A stretch of DNA of 64,000 bases from Ignavibacteriota bacterium (lineage in GTDB: Bacteria > Bacteroidota > Ignavibacteria > Palsa-1295), in assembly GCA_963787835.1 (NCBI GenBank), contig CAWBEI010000002.1:1344001-1408000 (forward strand), given 5' to 3'. Both the position numbers and the translations under genes were made by a program. Within the stretch, counting starts at the first letter, position 1; every line of letters begins with the position of its first letter. This document shows, in pieces, positions 54,831 to 64,000 of this stretch. Under the pieces are notes generated by a model that saw nothing but the letters and a program-made list of their open reading frames with translations, made no database searches and was not told where the DNA came from.

Positions 54831-55394
54831 AATGATATAAATAAGATAATTATACTACGCTTAAAAATGCTACTTAGTTCTATTTAAGTATTATTTGCTA
54901 AAAATTTTTTCCTTAAATGGAACCGAGAGGAATCGGGCAGGAGGGAGCATCGTAGGCGATGCGTCCGTCCTACAATGGTGTAGCAAATCTATGCGAAATG
55001 AAAATTTCGAATTTCGTGGCGGGTACGAAAAGTGTCGTATATTGGAGAGTGATATTAAGGGCACCAATGTCTGGGGGAAATTATGAATTATGAAAGGGAC
55101 ATGGATTCATTAAGGAATTAATGAAAAATAGACACGATATTGCATAAGTTCATTAAATGAATATGTAAAAAAAATATTTCGAGAAGTCGAGTGGCTAAAT
55201 TGGCTTGGAATCGTAGGTGATTATGAATTCCAAATGAACAAACACAACCACGTTTAACAGGGTGGGGAGGATTAGGCTTACAGGATTAAGGAATATACAG
55301 GCTCATTTATTGAACCAAAGTCCTCTAAAAATTGCTTACGAGCCGCTTCGAAGCGAAATGCTTCGTAATAGGCGAACATTGAAAATTAATCACC

Positions 55395-55484
55395 GTGGGA
55401 GTTGCGGGAAAAGATGAAAGATGAAAGATGAATTTTGATTCTTCTTCTTGTTTTTTATTCGATTCTGACCAGCAACGGGACCAC
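55395..55484 (+). promoter_or_regulatory. putative L1-binding mRNA leader of rplK-rplA
   Basis: GUGG-GA-GUUGC ... GCAAC-GGGA-CCAC stem with asymmetric internal loop just upstream of rplK. Confidence 0.65.
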
Positions 55485-55500
55485 TAAACCATAAACTACA

Positions 55501-55926
55501 ATGGCGAAAAAAGTCACAGGATTCATAAAACTGCAGATACCGGCCGGAAAGGCCAATCCGGCACCGCCGGTGGGTCCGGCGCTCGGACAAAAGGGCGTCA
55601 ACATCATGGAGTTCTGCAAGCAGTTCAACGCAAAGACCCAAAAAGAAGGCGATTCGATCATTCCGGTCGTGATCACCGTCTATTCTGATAAGAGCTTCAC
55701 CTTTATCACGAAGACTCCGCCGGCGGCATCGCTGCTTTTGAAGGCGGCGAGCGTCGCCAAAGGCTCGAAGGAGCCGAACCGGTTGAAGGTCGCGAAAGTC
55801 TCGAAATCGGATGTCGAGGCGATCGCAAAGATGAAAATGGCTGACCTGAACGCTGCTTCCGTCGAAGCGGCGATGAGCATGGTCGCTGGAACCGCCCGAT
55901 CGATGGGCATAACCGTGGAGGGATAA
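55501..55926 (+). CDS. rplK: 50S ribosomal protein L11
   Basis: [26 protein letters not shown] and GTARSMG. Confidence 0.98.
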   Translation: MAKKVTGFIKLQIPAGKANPAPPVGPALGQKGVNIMEFCKQFNAKTQKEGDSIIPVVITVYSDKSFTFITKTPPAASLLLKAASVAKGSKEPNRLKVAKVSKSDVEAIAKMKMADLNAASVEAAMSMVAGTARSMGITVEG

Positions 55927-55929
55927 ACA

Positions 55930-56634
55930 ATGATCAAGCACGGTAAACGCTATACAAATATTTCAAAGAAACTTGGCGCCGACCGCAAGCCTGTTTCCAT
56001 CACGGATGCAGTTGGTAAGGTCAAGCAGACGGCCTCGGCTAAGTTCGATGAGTCGGTCGATATCGCTATCAATCTCGGAGTCGATCCTCGCAAAGCCGAT
56101 CAGGCTATTCGCGGGACGGTTTCGTTGCCGCATGGTATCGGCAAAACGGTTCGCGTAACGGTCGTTACACGTAATCAGGAGGCGGCAGCTCTCGCAGCCG
56201 GCGCCGATGAAGCAGGTTTCGAACCGATCTTGGAAAAGATCAAAGGCGGCTGGACGGATACCGATGTTATCATTGCCACGCCGGAAGTAATGGGCGAGCT
56301 TGGTAAGCTTGGCCGTATCCTGGGACCGCGCGGCCTCATGCCCAACCCCAAATCGGGAACCGTGACACAGGATGTCGCGACGGCCGTGAAGGAAGTCAAG
56401 GCCGGTAAGATCGAATACCGCGTCGATAAGGGCGGGAATGTTCATGCTTCGGTCGGTAAGGCTTCGTTCGAGGCACCAAAATTGGTGGATAACATCAATA
56501 TGTTCCTGAGCACGATCATCCGCGCCAAGCCGGCGACGGCAAAAGGCCAGTTCGTGAAATCGGTCGCGATCAGCTCGACGATGGGCCCAAGCGTGAAGAT
56601 CGATGCGGCGGAAGCGATCAAAGCTCACGGCTGA
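55930..56634 (+). CDS. rplA: 50S ribosomal protein L1
   Basis: [24 protein letters not shown] and STMGP. Confidence 0.98.
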   Translation: MIKHGKRYTNISKKLGADRKPVSITDAVGKVKQTASAKFDESVDIAINLGVDPRKADQAIRGTVSLPHGIGKTVRVTVVTRNQEAAALAAGADEAGFEPILEKIKGGWTDTDVIIATPEVMGELGKLGRILGPRGLMPNPKSGTVTQDVATAVKEVKAGKIEYRVDKGGNVHASVGKASFEAPKLVDNINMFLSTIIRAKPATAKGQFVKSVAISSTMGPSVKIDAAEAIKAHG

Positions 56635-56802
56635 TCAATTTCGAATTAAGAATTATGAATGACGAATTTGGGAAAGGATCTATTTCCTGTATTTGTCATT
56701 CGTGATTTTTAATGATGGCATAATATGAAGATGGAGTTTCCTTGTTATAATGAGGGTTAATAGTACACAAGTGTCATCATTGTTTATAGTTTTATTAACG
56801 CC

Positions 56803-57957
56803 ATGAGGGAGGAGGTCTCCGCTCGATCGGAATCGCACGTCCCACAAGAGGTCATGTTCGGCGCGATCGGTTCATCGAAGCTCCGAACGGTGCTCGGCCT
56901 TCTCGGTATAGCGATAGGGCTCGGTTTTCTCGTACATCTCGGATATACGGTAAGCTTTGCCGGAGTTCCCGCAACCCTTTCGAAAGTTGGGATCCTGGGC
57001 GGGGTTGCTGTTTTAATTCCCTATTGTATCTCTGCCCTAAGCGACACCGAAGCGTGGCGCAGGCTTCTTTCTTCGAAAGAGCGGCATTTGGTTTTCAGCA
57101 AGATATTTCGCGTTCGAACCGCTACGGAAGCATTAGTGATAACCATTCCGCTTGGATCGATCATTTCCGATCCGGCCAAGGCATGGATGCTCAAGCGTCA
57201 GTTCGGATTCCCAATATCGTCCACCGCTGCAAGTATCGTCTATCGCAAGACCATGCTTGGGTTCTCGCAGGGGATTGTAGCCTCCAGTGTTGCATTGATA
57301 GCGATCCTGTTTCCCAGTGTCTTTCGTTCAGGCAATCTTGGGCCAGGGTTAGCATGGACGCTCTTTGCCTTTGCTTCCGGCGGCGTTGTCCTGTATAGTG
57401 TGATATTGGGACTCCTGTGCAACCGGCGTTTCATAGACCGATTTCACATTTGGCTTACCCGGCTTCCGTTTGTCCGGCTCAGTAAATGGTTCGAAACAAA
57501 GGAACCCGAATTTCAGGAGTTCAATGCGCACCTTCAGGCGTTCAGGGATATCTGGTCGATCGTTCGGTTTTCCGGATCGTATATCGTGGTGTGGGCGAGC
57601 GAGAATATAGAGACTCTCATCATTCTTGCTTTGCTTGGAGCTAATCTTACGGTTCCACAAGCCGTGCTCATGGAAGTCACTTGTGTATTCATGCGCGCAT
57701 CCACTCCGATGATCCCAGGAGGGATCGGCATTCAGGATACCGGGTACGTAAGTATGCTGATGGCCAGCGGGAATTCGCCCGAAATTGCCGCATCCTTTGT
57801 ACTGATAAAACGGACGCGCGAAGTGATATGGGCCGCTATCGGGTATATACTTTTACTGAGCGCTCGTCGAAAGGAGCCGGTCGTTGCGCCCACGGAATTG
57901 ATCGTAACCCCAGCGGAAATGAATGGTGTTGAAGCATCGGTTCAAACTCAATCGTGA
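56803..57957 (+). CDS. lysylphosphatidylglycerol synthase TM-like / flippase-like membrane protein
   Basis: Multi-TM; WRRLL, PMIPGGIGIQD and KRTREVIW. Confidence 0.78.
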   Translation: MREEVSARSESHVPQEVMFGAIGSSKLRTVLGLLGIAIGLGFLVHLGYTVSFAGVPATLSKVGILGGVAVLIPYCISALSDTEAWRRLLSSKERHLVFSKIFRVRTATEALVITIPLGSIISDPAKAWMLKRQFGFPISSTAASIVYRKTMLGFSQGIVASSVALIAILFPSVFRSGNLGPGLAWTLFAFASGGVVLYSVILGLLCNRRFIDRFHIWLTRLPFVRLSKWFETKEPEFQEFNAHLQAFRDIWSIVRFSGSYIVVWASENIETLIILALLGANLTVPQAVLMEVTCVFMRASTPMIPGGIGIQDTGYVSMLMASGNSPEIAASFVLIKRTREVIWAAIGYILLLSARRKEPVVAPTELIVTPAEMNGVEASVQTQS

Positions 57958-58469
57958 AAAAGTTAACAGAAAAAGAAATTCGCCGTAGGGCACGCCACAT
58001 AAAATTGGTTCTGACCGATGTCGATGGTGTACTGACGGATACGGGTGTGTATTACTCCGCCGACGGTGAAGAACTAAAGCGATTCAGCATTCGAGATGGA
58101 ATGGGCATGGAGCTTTTGCGCGAGATGGGCATCGCAACTGCTATGATGACGCGGGAAGACTCCCCTCGGGTGGCATCGCGTTCGAAAAAGCTGGGGTTAC
58201 CCTATTATTTTGCCGGTGTTCTCGATAAGCAGAAGAAATTGCCGGAAGTCCTGGAGAGAACAGGGCTTGAACTCAGAGAGCTTGCCTACATCGGCGATGA
58301 CGTGAACGATGTGGAAGTCATGCGGGAGATCGCGCGGGAAGGATTAACAGCCTGCCCGAAAGATGCAATGCCCACGGCCAGAAGCGTTGCCCATTATGCG
58401 GCAAAAGCTCCCGGCGGCCACGGAGCGTTTCGTGATTTTGCAGAATGGATCATGAAAAATCGCGGCTAA
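57954..58469 (+). CDS. kdsC: KDO 8-phosphate phosphatase family HAD hydrolase
   Basis: DVDGVLTD, FSIRDGMG, YIGDDVND and GGHGAFRDF. Confidence 0.9.
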   Translation: MKKLTEKEIRRRARHIKLVLTDVDGVLTDTGVYYSADGEELKRFSIRDGMGMELLREMGIATAMMTREDSPRVASRSKKLGLPYYFAGVLDKQKKLPEVLERTGLELRELAYIGDDVNDVEVMREIAREGLTACPKDAMPTARSVAHYAAKAPGGHGAFRDFAEWIMKNRG

Positions 58470-58882
58470 TAATTTGCGATCACTCGGATGGTGTCGTACA
58501 AATGATAAATAGAGTTATGAAGGTAGTACAGCGCGATCCACGAAGTGTCACTACCGGAACCAACGATCGAGGTTGGGGAGATCGATGCGATGATCGTGTG
58601 TATATTGACATTGCCATCGGATAGCGGCTCATTGAATCGAAAATGGATCTTGGAGGTATCGCCATAGCCCGTCACGACCAAAGGCCCGAAATTGCAGCCG
58701 CAGGTTAATGCTACGGAGAACGATCCCGATGAATCCGTTCGGGTAAGTGTCCCGGTGGAAGGCGCAGAAATAAGTTTTGTCGTATCGACTTCGTTGGGTG
58801 AGGTGGGAGCACAGGAATTGCAGTTTGCTCCAACAACCGCCGCGATCATGGCGAAAAGTGCTATAATGACTAATTTTTTCAT
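58466..58882 (-). CDS. exported Cys-containing hypothetical protein (possible lipoprotein)
   Basis: MKKLVIIALF signal peptide, GANCNSC and CGC. Confidence 0.65.
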   Translation of the reverse strand: MKKLVIIALFAMIAAVVGANCNSCAPTSPNEVDTTKLISAPSTGTLTRTDSSGSFSVALTCGCNFGPLVVTGYGDTSKIHFRFNEPLSDGNVNIHTIIASISPTSIVGSGSDTSWIALYYLHNSIYHLYDTIRVIANY

Positions 58883-59064
58883 GAGGGTACGAATATTGTT
58901 GTTGAATCCCATAAGCACAAGATCCTCCTAATAGTAAAACGCACAGAGTGCCACGGGTTACAAAAAAATTTTAAGAAAAATGAACGTGCCCCGCGAAAAC
59001 GGATGATTCTTGCAAAGAACAGGTTTGAATAATGAACAATTAGCGCCCGCAAGGGTTCTTGCCA

Positions 59065-59367
59065 ATGGAAAATGCATCTAATAATAGACTCACAAAAGAA
59101 CAGATAGAGGGGGAAATCCGGGATATTTCGGGGTGGTCTTATAATTCGGAGTCTGAGAGAATTGAGCGAACGTTCATCCGAAAGAGCTTTCTGGAGGCCG
59201 TCGCCTTCATTCAGCGGATCGCAGAGGTGGCCGAAGTGCACGATCATCATCCCGATATCCTTTTATCGGGATACAAGAACGTTTTAGTCATGCTTTCGAC
59301 GCATTCTGCTGGTGGCGTGACCTTAAAAGATTTCGAGATGGCAAGGGCCATCCAACTTTCAGAGTAG
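59065..59367 (+). CDS. phhB: pterin-4-alpha-carbinolamine dehydratase
   Basis: AEVHDHHPDI and STHSAGGVTLKDFEMA. Confidence 0.9.
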   Translation: MENASNNRLTKEQIEGEIRDISGWSYNSESERIERTFIRKSFLEAVAFIQRIAEVAEVHDHHPDILLSGYKNVLVMLSTHSAGGVTLKDFEMARAIQLSE

Positions 59368-59369
59368 AT

Positions 59370-60800
59370 ATGCAAAAAGCAATTCTTTTTACATTCCTTT
59401 TCATCACGGTCCTTCTAAAGCCGTCCATCCTTTTTTCGCAGGAATTAGCCAACAAGGTGCCACTCGATACACTCACCAAGTATGGGATCTACGATAAAGA
59501 CCGTCTGCCTCCCTCATTCCATGCAAGCCGCTGCAAGCTTTTGCTTGATTCTATGCAGAACAGATCGATCGCACTCTTTCTTGCCGCCGAGGAAAAGAAC
59601 CGTTCGAATGATAATAACTACGAATACCATCAGGATCCAAATTTTTACTATCTGACTGGTTGTTTGGAACCGGGTAGTGCGCTTGTTCTCAGCAAAGATG
59701 GCATCACTCTTTCGGACGGAAGGACTGTGCATGAAATTCTTTTTGTCAGGAACCGTAACTTGGCACAGGAAACATGGACTGGCCGCAGGCTCGGTCCCCA
59801 GGGAGCGATTTCTGTCTTAAAAGTAGATGCAGCGTTATCCATCGATAGTCTTCCATCCTTACTTCGATCGGTTCTTCCAAAGTCACAATACTGTTATTAT
59901 GATCCTCACGTAACAAGCCAGCGTGAGCCGGCGCTTAATGATACCACACTGCTGACTAATCTTGACGATCGTGCATTGATCAAGCGGACGTATCCGAATT
60001 TGGAGATAACTACAACGCTTTCTCATGTGCTCGCGGAATTACGTCAGGTCAAGACTCCCGAAGAGTTACGGCTCATGCGCAAAGCCATCTCAATATCTAA
60101 TGAGGCGCACAACGCCGTTATTCATGATGCGCGTCCCGGCTGGTTTGAGTATCAAATTCAGGCAGAAGCCGAAGATATATTTACAAAAAATGGTGCGGAA
60201 TATATCGCCTATCCCTGCATTGTCGGAAGCGGCCCAAACTCGACCATTCTGCACTACGAGACGAATCGGCGCCAAACCCAGTCCGGCGATTTTATCGAGA
60301 TGGATATGGGAGCGGAATATCATGGCTATTGCGCGGACATTACGCGCAGCTTTCCCATTTCAGGCACGTTCACTCCCGAACAACGCGCCATCTACGCGTT
60401 GGTGCTGGCCGCTCAGGATAGTGGCATCAAGGCATGCGTTGCGGGTGCCCCATTCAGGTCTGCGCACGCGGCGGCCCTTCGTGTGATACAATCCGGACTT
60501 GTGAAGCTTGGGATCCTTCAAGATTCCAGCCAATATAAAATGTACTTCATGCACGGCACGTCCCATTATTTGGGGCTTGATGTTCACGATGCCGGAACGT
60601 ATGGCCCGTTAACTCCGGGGAATGTACTGACGGTCGAACCTGGAATTTATATTCCGACTGGTAGTCCATGCGATCCCAAATGGTGGAATATTGGATGCAG
60701 GATCGAGGATGATATTTTGGTTACCGAGCGTGGCCCGGAGATCCTCTCCGTCCATTCTCCCCGTGAGATCGGCTCCCTTGAAAAAGTAATGGCAAGATAA
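59370..60800 (+). CDS. pepP: exported Xaa-Pro aminopeptidase (M24B)
   Basis: Signal peptide, QDPNFYYLTG, DMGAE...ADITR, HYLGLDVHD, TVEPGIY and RIEDD. Confidence 0.9.
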   Translation: MQKAILFTFLFITVLLKPSILFSQELANKVPLDTLTKYGIYDKDRLPPSFHASRCKLLLDSMQNRSIALFLAAEEKNRSNDNNYEYHQDPNFYYLTGCLEPGSALVLSKDGITLSDGRTVHEILFVRNRNLAQETWTGRRLGPQGAISVLKVDAALSIDSLPSLLRSVLPKSQYCYYDPHVTSQREPALNDTTLLTNLDDRALIKRTYPNLEITTTLSHVLAELRQVKTPEELRLMRKAISISNEAHNAVIHDARPGWFEYQIQAEAEDIFTKNGAEYIAYPCIVGSGPNSTILHYETNRRQTQSGDFIEMDMGAEYHGYCADITRSFPISGTFTPEQRAIYALVLAAQDSGIKACVAGAPFRSAHAAALRVIQSGLVKLGILQDSSQYKMYFMHGTSHYLGLDVHDAGTYGPLTPGNVLTVEPGIYIPTGSPCDPKWWNIGCRIEDDILVTERGPEILSVHSPREIGSLEKVMAR

Positions 60801-60804
60801 GTTC

Positions 60805-62274
60805 ATGTCGAAATCGATCATCGTTACAATTGTACTTTTAGTGCTTGCCTGCTCCGTTCGGGCACAGGATGAGGTTGAGCATCTCTCACCCTTTGCTCAT
60901 GGAGCAGGCCGCACCTATGCGATCACATCTCGCGGGCTCGATGCCGTTGGTTTAAATCCATCGCTCCTTGCATTCGGAACGCCGCAGCCATTCGAGATAA
61001 CACTTGCACCCATTTCCTCGCTTGGGATCAATGCGGGGCCGAGCCTGGCGCAGATCAATAGTATCTCTCATGGTTTTCAGGGCAAAGGGCTTTCTTCCGA
61101 CTCCTTATCCAAATCTCCGGATAGTTTGCAAGTGGGGGATTCCACGCGGCTCTCTATCGCAAATCTCTTAAGCAATAACGGGCTTTCCAGTTCTATCGAT
61201 ATGAGGGTGTTCGGTATGTCTTATTTCGATCCCGATCTGGGAGCTTTTGCACTGACATGGACGATGCACGCAGCGTTGCAAGCATCCATTCCGAACGAAC
61301 TGTTGGATTACATCGGAGTGGGTGCGGTATCGAAAATGGCAGAAGGATATACGCTGTCACCCCAGACACTCGATATTCAGGCCTTATGGTATAGCGAATA
61401 TACGCTTTCGTACGCTCGCACATTGTTCGGAAAACCATGTTCCGGTGATCTGCAATTGCTCTCGGGAGTTGGGATTAAATATGTCTCTGGCATTGCGGTT
61501 CTGCAGATGAATCCGGGAGTGTTTTCTATCAACTCACCACCAAGTCCGCTCGGCGCGCATTATGTAGTTGGTGTGAACTATCAGATACGCTCAGCCTATC
61601 CGAGCGAGATCAATTTTAATAATTTGCCGAGCACATTTTCTCTGAATCTTATCGAAAATGCGACGGCAGGAAACGGCCTTGGAGCGGATATTGGCTTTAC
61701 CCTCGGCGCGTTCGACAGTACCCACAACGCCCCGTGGGAACTTGCTGTCAGCATTACGGATATTGGTAGTATTCGATGGAATAGCAATGCCAACGTACGC
61801 AGCGCCGATACAACGGTAAGCCCCTCCTCGCAAGACATTAGTCAGGACTCCATTAATGCACAGCTCAAAGCTCTTGGCGGAAAAGTAGATACGACCGCGG
61901 GCTCTTTTACCACGCCACTTCCGACCACCTTGCACATAGCTGGCGCGATCGACCTTGCGGAGATCGGGTTGAGAATGGATGGATTGGCCTTTGGCGCAGT
62001 CGCGGAATACGCTCTTGGCCTGACAAACACCGTTGGATCTCCCACAAATGGACGCTTCGGTTTTGCCCTGACACTCGAACACCCAAGCATGTCGCTTGGC
62101 ATACATGCCGCGATCGGGATGACGATGCAGGATGGGACAAATGACCTGACGGTCGCTTTCGGAATAGGATTATGGAATAGTATTCTGATCGATGTTGGAA
62201 CCGATGGCTTAACGGGCCTTTTTTCTGCCAACGGCCATACCGATGCAGTTTTTGGGTTGAAGGTTCTGTTTTAA
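60805..62274 (+). CDS. outer-membrane beta-barrel protein (DUF5723-like)
   Basis: Signal peptide, GLNPSLL, GNGLGADIG, SITDIGSIRW, LPTTLH and terminal Phe. Confidence 0.7.
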   Translation: MSKSIIVTIVLLVLACSVRAQDEVEHLSPFAHGAGRTYAITSRGLDAVGLNPSLLAFGTPQPFEITLAPISSLGINAGPSLAQINSISHGFQGKGLSSDSLSKSPDSLQVGDSTRLSIANLLSNNGLSSSIDMRVFGMSYFDPDLGAFALTWTMHAALQASIPNELLDYIGVGAVSKMAEGYTLSPQTLDIQALWYSEYTLSYARTLFGKPCSGDLQLLSGVGIKYVSGIAVLQMNPGVFSINSPPSPLGAHYVVGVNYQIRSAYPSEINFNNLPSTFSLNLIENATAGNGLGADIGFTLGAFDSTHNAPWELAVSITDIGSIRWNSNANVRSADTTVSPSSQDISQDSINAQLKALGGKVDTTAGSFTTPLPTTLHIAGAIDLAEIGLRMDGLAFGAVAEYALGLTNTVGSPTNGRFGFALTLEHPSMSLGIHAAIGMTMQDGTNDLTVAFGIGLWNSILIDVGTDGLTGLFSANGHTDAVFGLKVLF

Positions 62275-64000
62275 TTACTCAGAATAAAATGCGTGGTAGC
62301 ATTCTGCCCATCTCCGACCATTGTGCAGAAATATGCTCCGGAACTTAACCCAACAGGCTGCCAGGGGATCGAGTGCGATCCAGAAGCTTGCACGCCTTCC
62401 GGCAGGGATGCAACAATTCTTCCGAGCAAGTCATATATTTCGAACGTAACATTGCCGGGCCGATCAAGGGAAAAGTCAATAGTGTAGGAATTTAGTTGGC
62501 GGTGAATTGCGAGCTCAGTAGAGAGTGATGACGGCGGTTGCACCGCAAGAGTTCGTGGCAGCGATCCATCCAGCAGCCAATTATGAGGATCGAAGATCAT
62601 CTGCGTGACAGGGCTGGCAAAAGAAAAGCCGAAGGATTTTAGAGGCTGGTCATCCCAAACCTGAACGAACGTATCGATGGCAGTGCCTCGGAATTCGAGT
62701 TCGATCGGCATCGTAAAAAAGGGACTTGTTGAAGACGACCCTGTTTGTTCGATTGCAACAGAAGGATGCAGCCCATCCGCTCCATCCCAGGAAATGGAAT
62801 AGATCGGGTAGCCAATTCCATACACCCATTGATTGAAAAACCAACCCATATCTTTTCCCACGGATTTCTCAACGGAGGCCTGAAGATCGGAGGTGCCCGC
62901 CACACCGTAGCGCAACGGACCAGTTACATACTCACGCAGCGCTCGGAAATACGTAGAATCACTACCAAGCACAAACCTGAGCATGTGCAACACCCATGGC
63001 CCTTTGACATAGAGCAATGCGCCCACCGCCTGGGTCTCCAGCAAGCTATCCGGCGTATAAACCGAGCCGGTTGGATCCGATACCGCATCCTGCTCCTGCT
63101 GGCTAATCATGGTATCAAAGACCGATTCTCCGTCACAATAGCGCCAGAATAGATCGGCGGTATAGACCGCAAACCCTTCGTTAAGCCAGCAATCGTTCCA
63201 TGTTTTACAGGTGACGGCGTCTCCGAACCATTGGTGCGCCGTTTCGTGAGCAACAACCCCGGTATCGGCGTCGTTACAGAACGAGAGCGTCTCATTTTCC
63301 ATCCCGCCGCCATGCCATTGGGCGATGCCATATTTCTCGTTCCGGAAGGCATAAGGGCCGAACCAATTTTCATAAACATTGAGGATCGTATCGAGGACAA
63401 TAAGCGATGCCGCCATAGTATCCGCCGAGCCTGGGAAAACATAGCTGGTCATCCGCATGCTGTCACCATCAGCCCAATGGTGCCAGTGTGCGAGGGTATC
63501 ATACTCTGAGCATGCAAAGGCAACGAGATAGTGATCGATGGGATGAGATTCATGCCAGTAAAACGTTTGACTCGTATCGTGATCGACGACATGAGTCAGG
63601 AGTCCATTCGATGCAACCATGTATGGTTTGTCACATGTGAAGTTAAGATCGGCCGAGTCGAGTTTATCGGCAGGATTATCCTTACAGGGCCACCAGTCTT
63701 TCGCGCGGAATGGTTCACTCCACGTCCAGCTGATGGGAATTCCTGTTCGTTCCCAATTTTGCCAGGTGTGCTCGATGCCCCCTGCATCCGTGTAACCATG
63801 ATAGTAAATGACAAGGTCGAATGGTGCAGCGGGAGCGTATTTCTTATTCAGTGTAACATAAAGCTTGTCCCAGGATCGAGTGAAGGCCACCGAATCGCCA
63901 TTCACAAAAAGGGAATCGATCGGAAGCAGTGGGTTAAGACTTAGCTGGATGGTCGAGTCGGGCCGGAGCACATTGGTATGAGCTTTCAGTTTTGCCGATC
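62271..64000 (-). CDS. M1 family aminopeptidase with T9SS-type C-terminal domain, 5'-truncated by window edge
   Basis: GGMEN, HETAHQWFG...WLNEGFA, YVKG and C-terminal IYDLLGR...GAYF. The frame stays open to the window end. Confidence 0.9.
   Translation of the reverse strand, partial: SAKLKAHTNVLRPDSTIQLSLNPLLPIDSLFVNGDSVAFTRSWDKLYVTLNKKYAPAAPFDLVIYYHGYTDAGGIEHTWQNWERTGIPISWTWSEPFRAKDWWPCKDNPADKLDSADLNFTCDKPYMVASNGLLTHVVDHDTSQTFYWHESHPIDHYLVAFACSEYDTLAHWHHWADGDSMRMTSYVFPGSADTMAASLIVLDTILNVYENWFGPYAFRNEKYGIAQWHGGGMENETLSFCNDADTGVVAHETAHQWFGDAVTCKTWNDCWLNEGFAVYTADLFWRYCDGESVFDTMISQQEQDAVSDPTGSVYTPDSLLETQAVGALLYVKGPWVLHMLRFVLGSDSTYFRALREYVTGPLRYGVAGTSDLQASVEKSVGKDMGWFFNQWVYGIGYPIYSISWDGADGLHPSVAIEQTGSSSTSPFFTMPIELEFRGTAIDTFVQVWDDQPLKSFGFSFASPVTQMIFDPHNWLLDGSLPRTLAVQPPSSLSTELAIHRQLNSYTIDFSLDRPGNVTFEIYDLLGRIVASLPEGVQASGSHSIPWQPVGLSSGAYFCTMVGDGQNATTHFILSN

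Noticed and set aside
54831-55390. AT-rich gap upstream of rplK as a tRNA cluster, nusG remnant or replication origin
   Set aside because: No tRNA cloverleaf or T-arm motif, no NusG-like translation and no DnaA-box cluster seen.
55390-56628. Antisense ORFs of 183 and 221 aa
   Set aside because: Shadows of rplK and rplA.

Overview
Gene-dense chromosomal window from an FCB-group bacterium. Bacteroidota/Chlorobi/Kapabacteria-like is an inference from four secreted proteins with T9SS-type C-terminal sorting domains, recurrent CG-TAnnTTTG promoter boxes and a full-length HprK. It is mostly housekeeping genes (guaB, rodZ, ligA, mfd, coaBC, ftsH, murI, sdhCD, kdsA/kdsD/lptC/kdsC, pcrA/uvrD, hprK, rplK-rplA, egtD), plus an ABC-transporter/nitrilase/enolase-superfamily catabolic operon, three toxin-antitoxin pairs, an orphan MNT and a small defence-like remnant. 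No rRNA, tRNA, CRISPR array or transposase was recognised. Main observations: (1) many modular palindromic repeats, several inserted inside and translated as part of essential genes (three in coaBC, one in sdhD; the same 49-bp element is read in two different frames), with a shared 16-bp hairpin module nested in unrelated repeat families; (2) a 65-aa stand-alone protein resembling the GyrA/ParC N-terminal segment, convergent with a catalytically degenerate DnaB/RecA-fold protein; (3) a promoter-bearing structured ncRNA candidate of about 170 nt; (4) fragmentation of normally conserved operons, often at repeat sites. Three single-base frameshifts in coaBC and kdsD are most likely sequencing or assembly indels. 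All family assignments come from motif recognition by eye; no searches were run.
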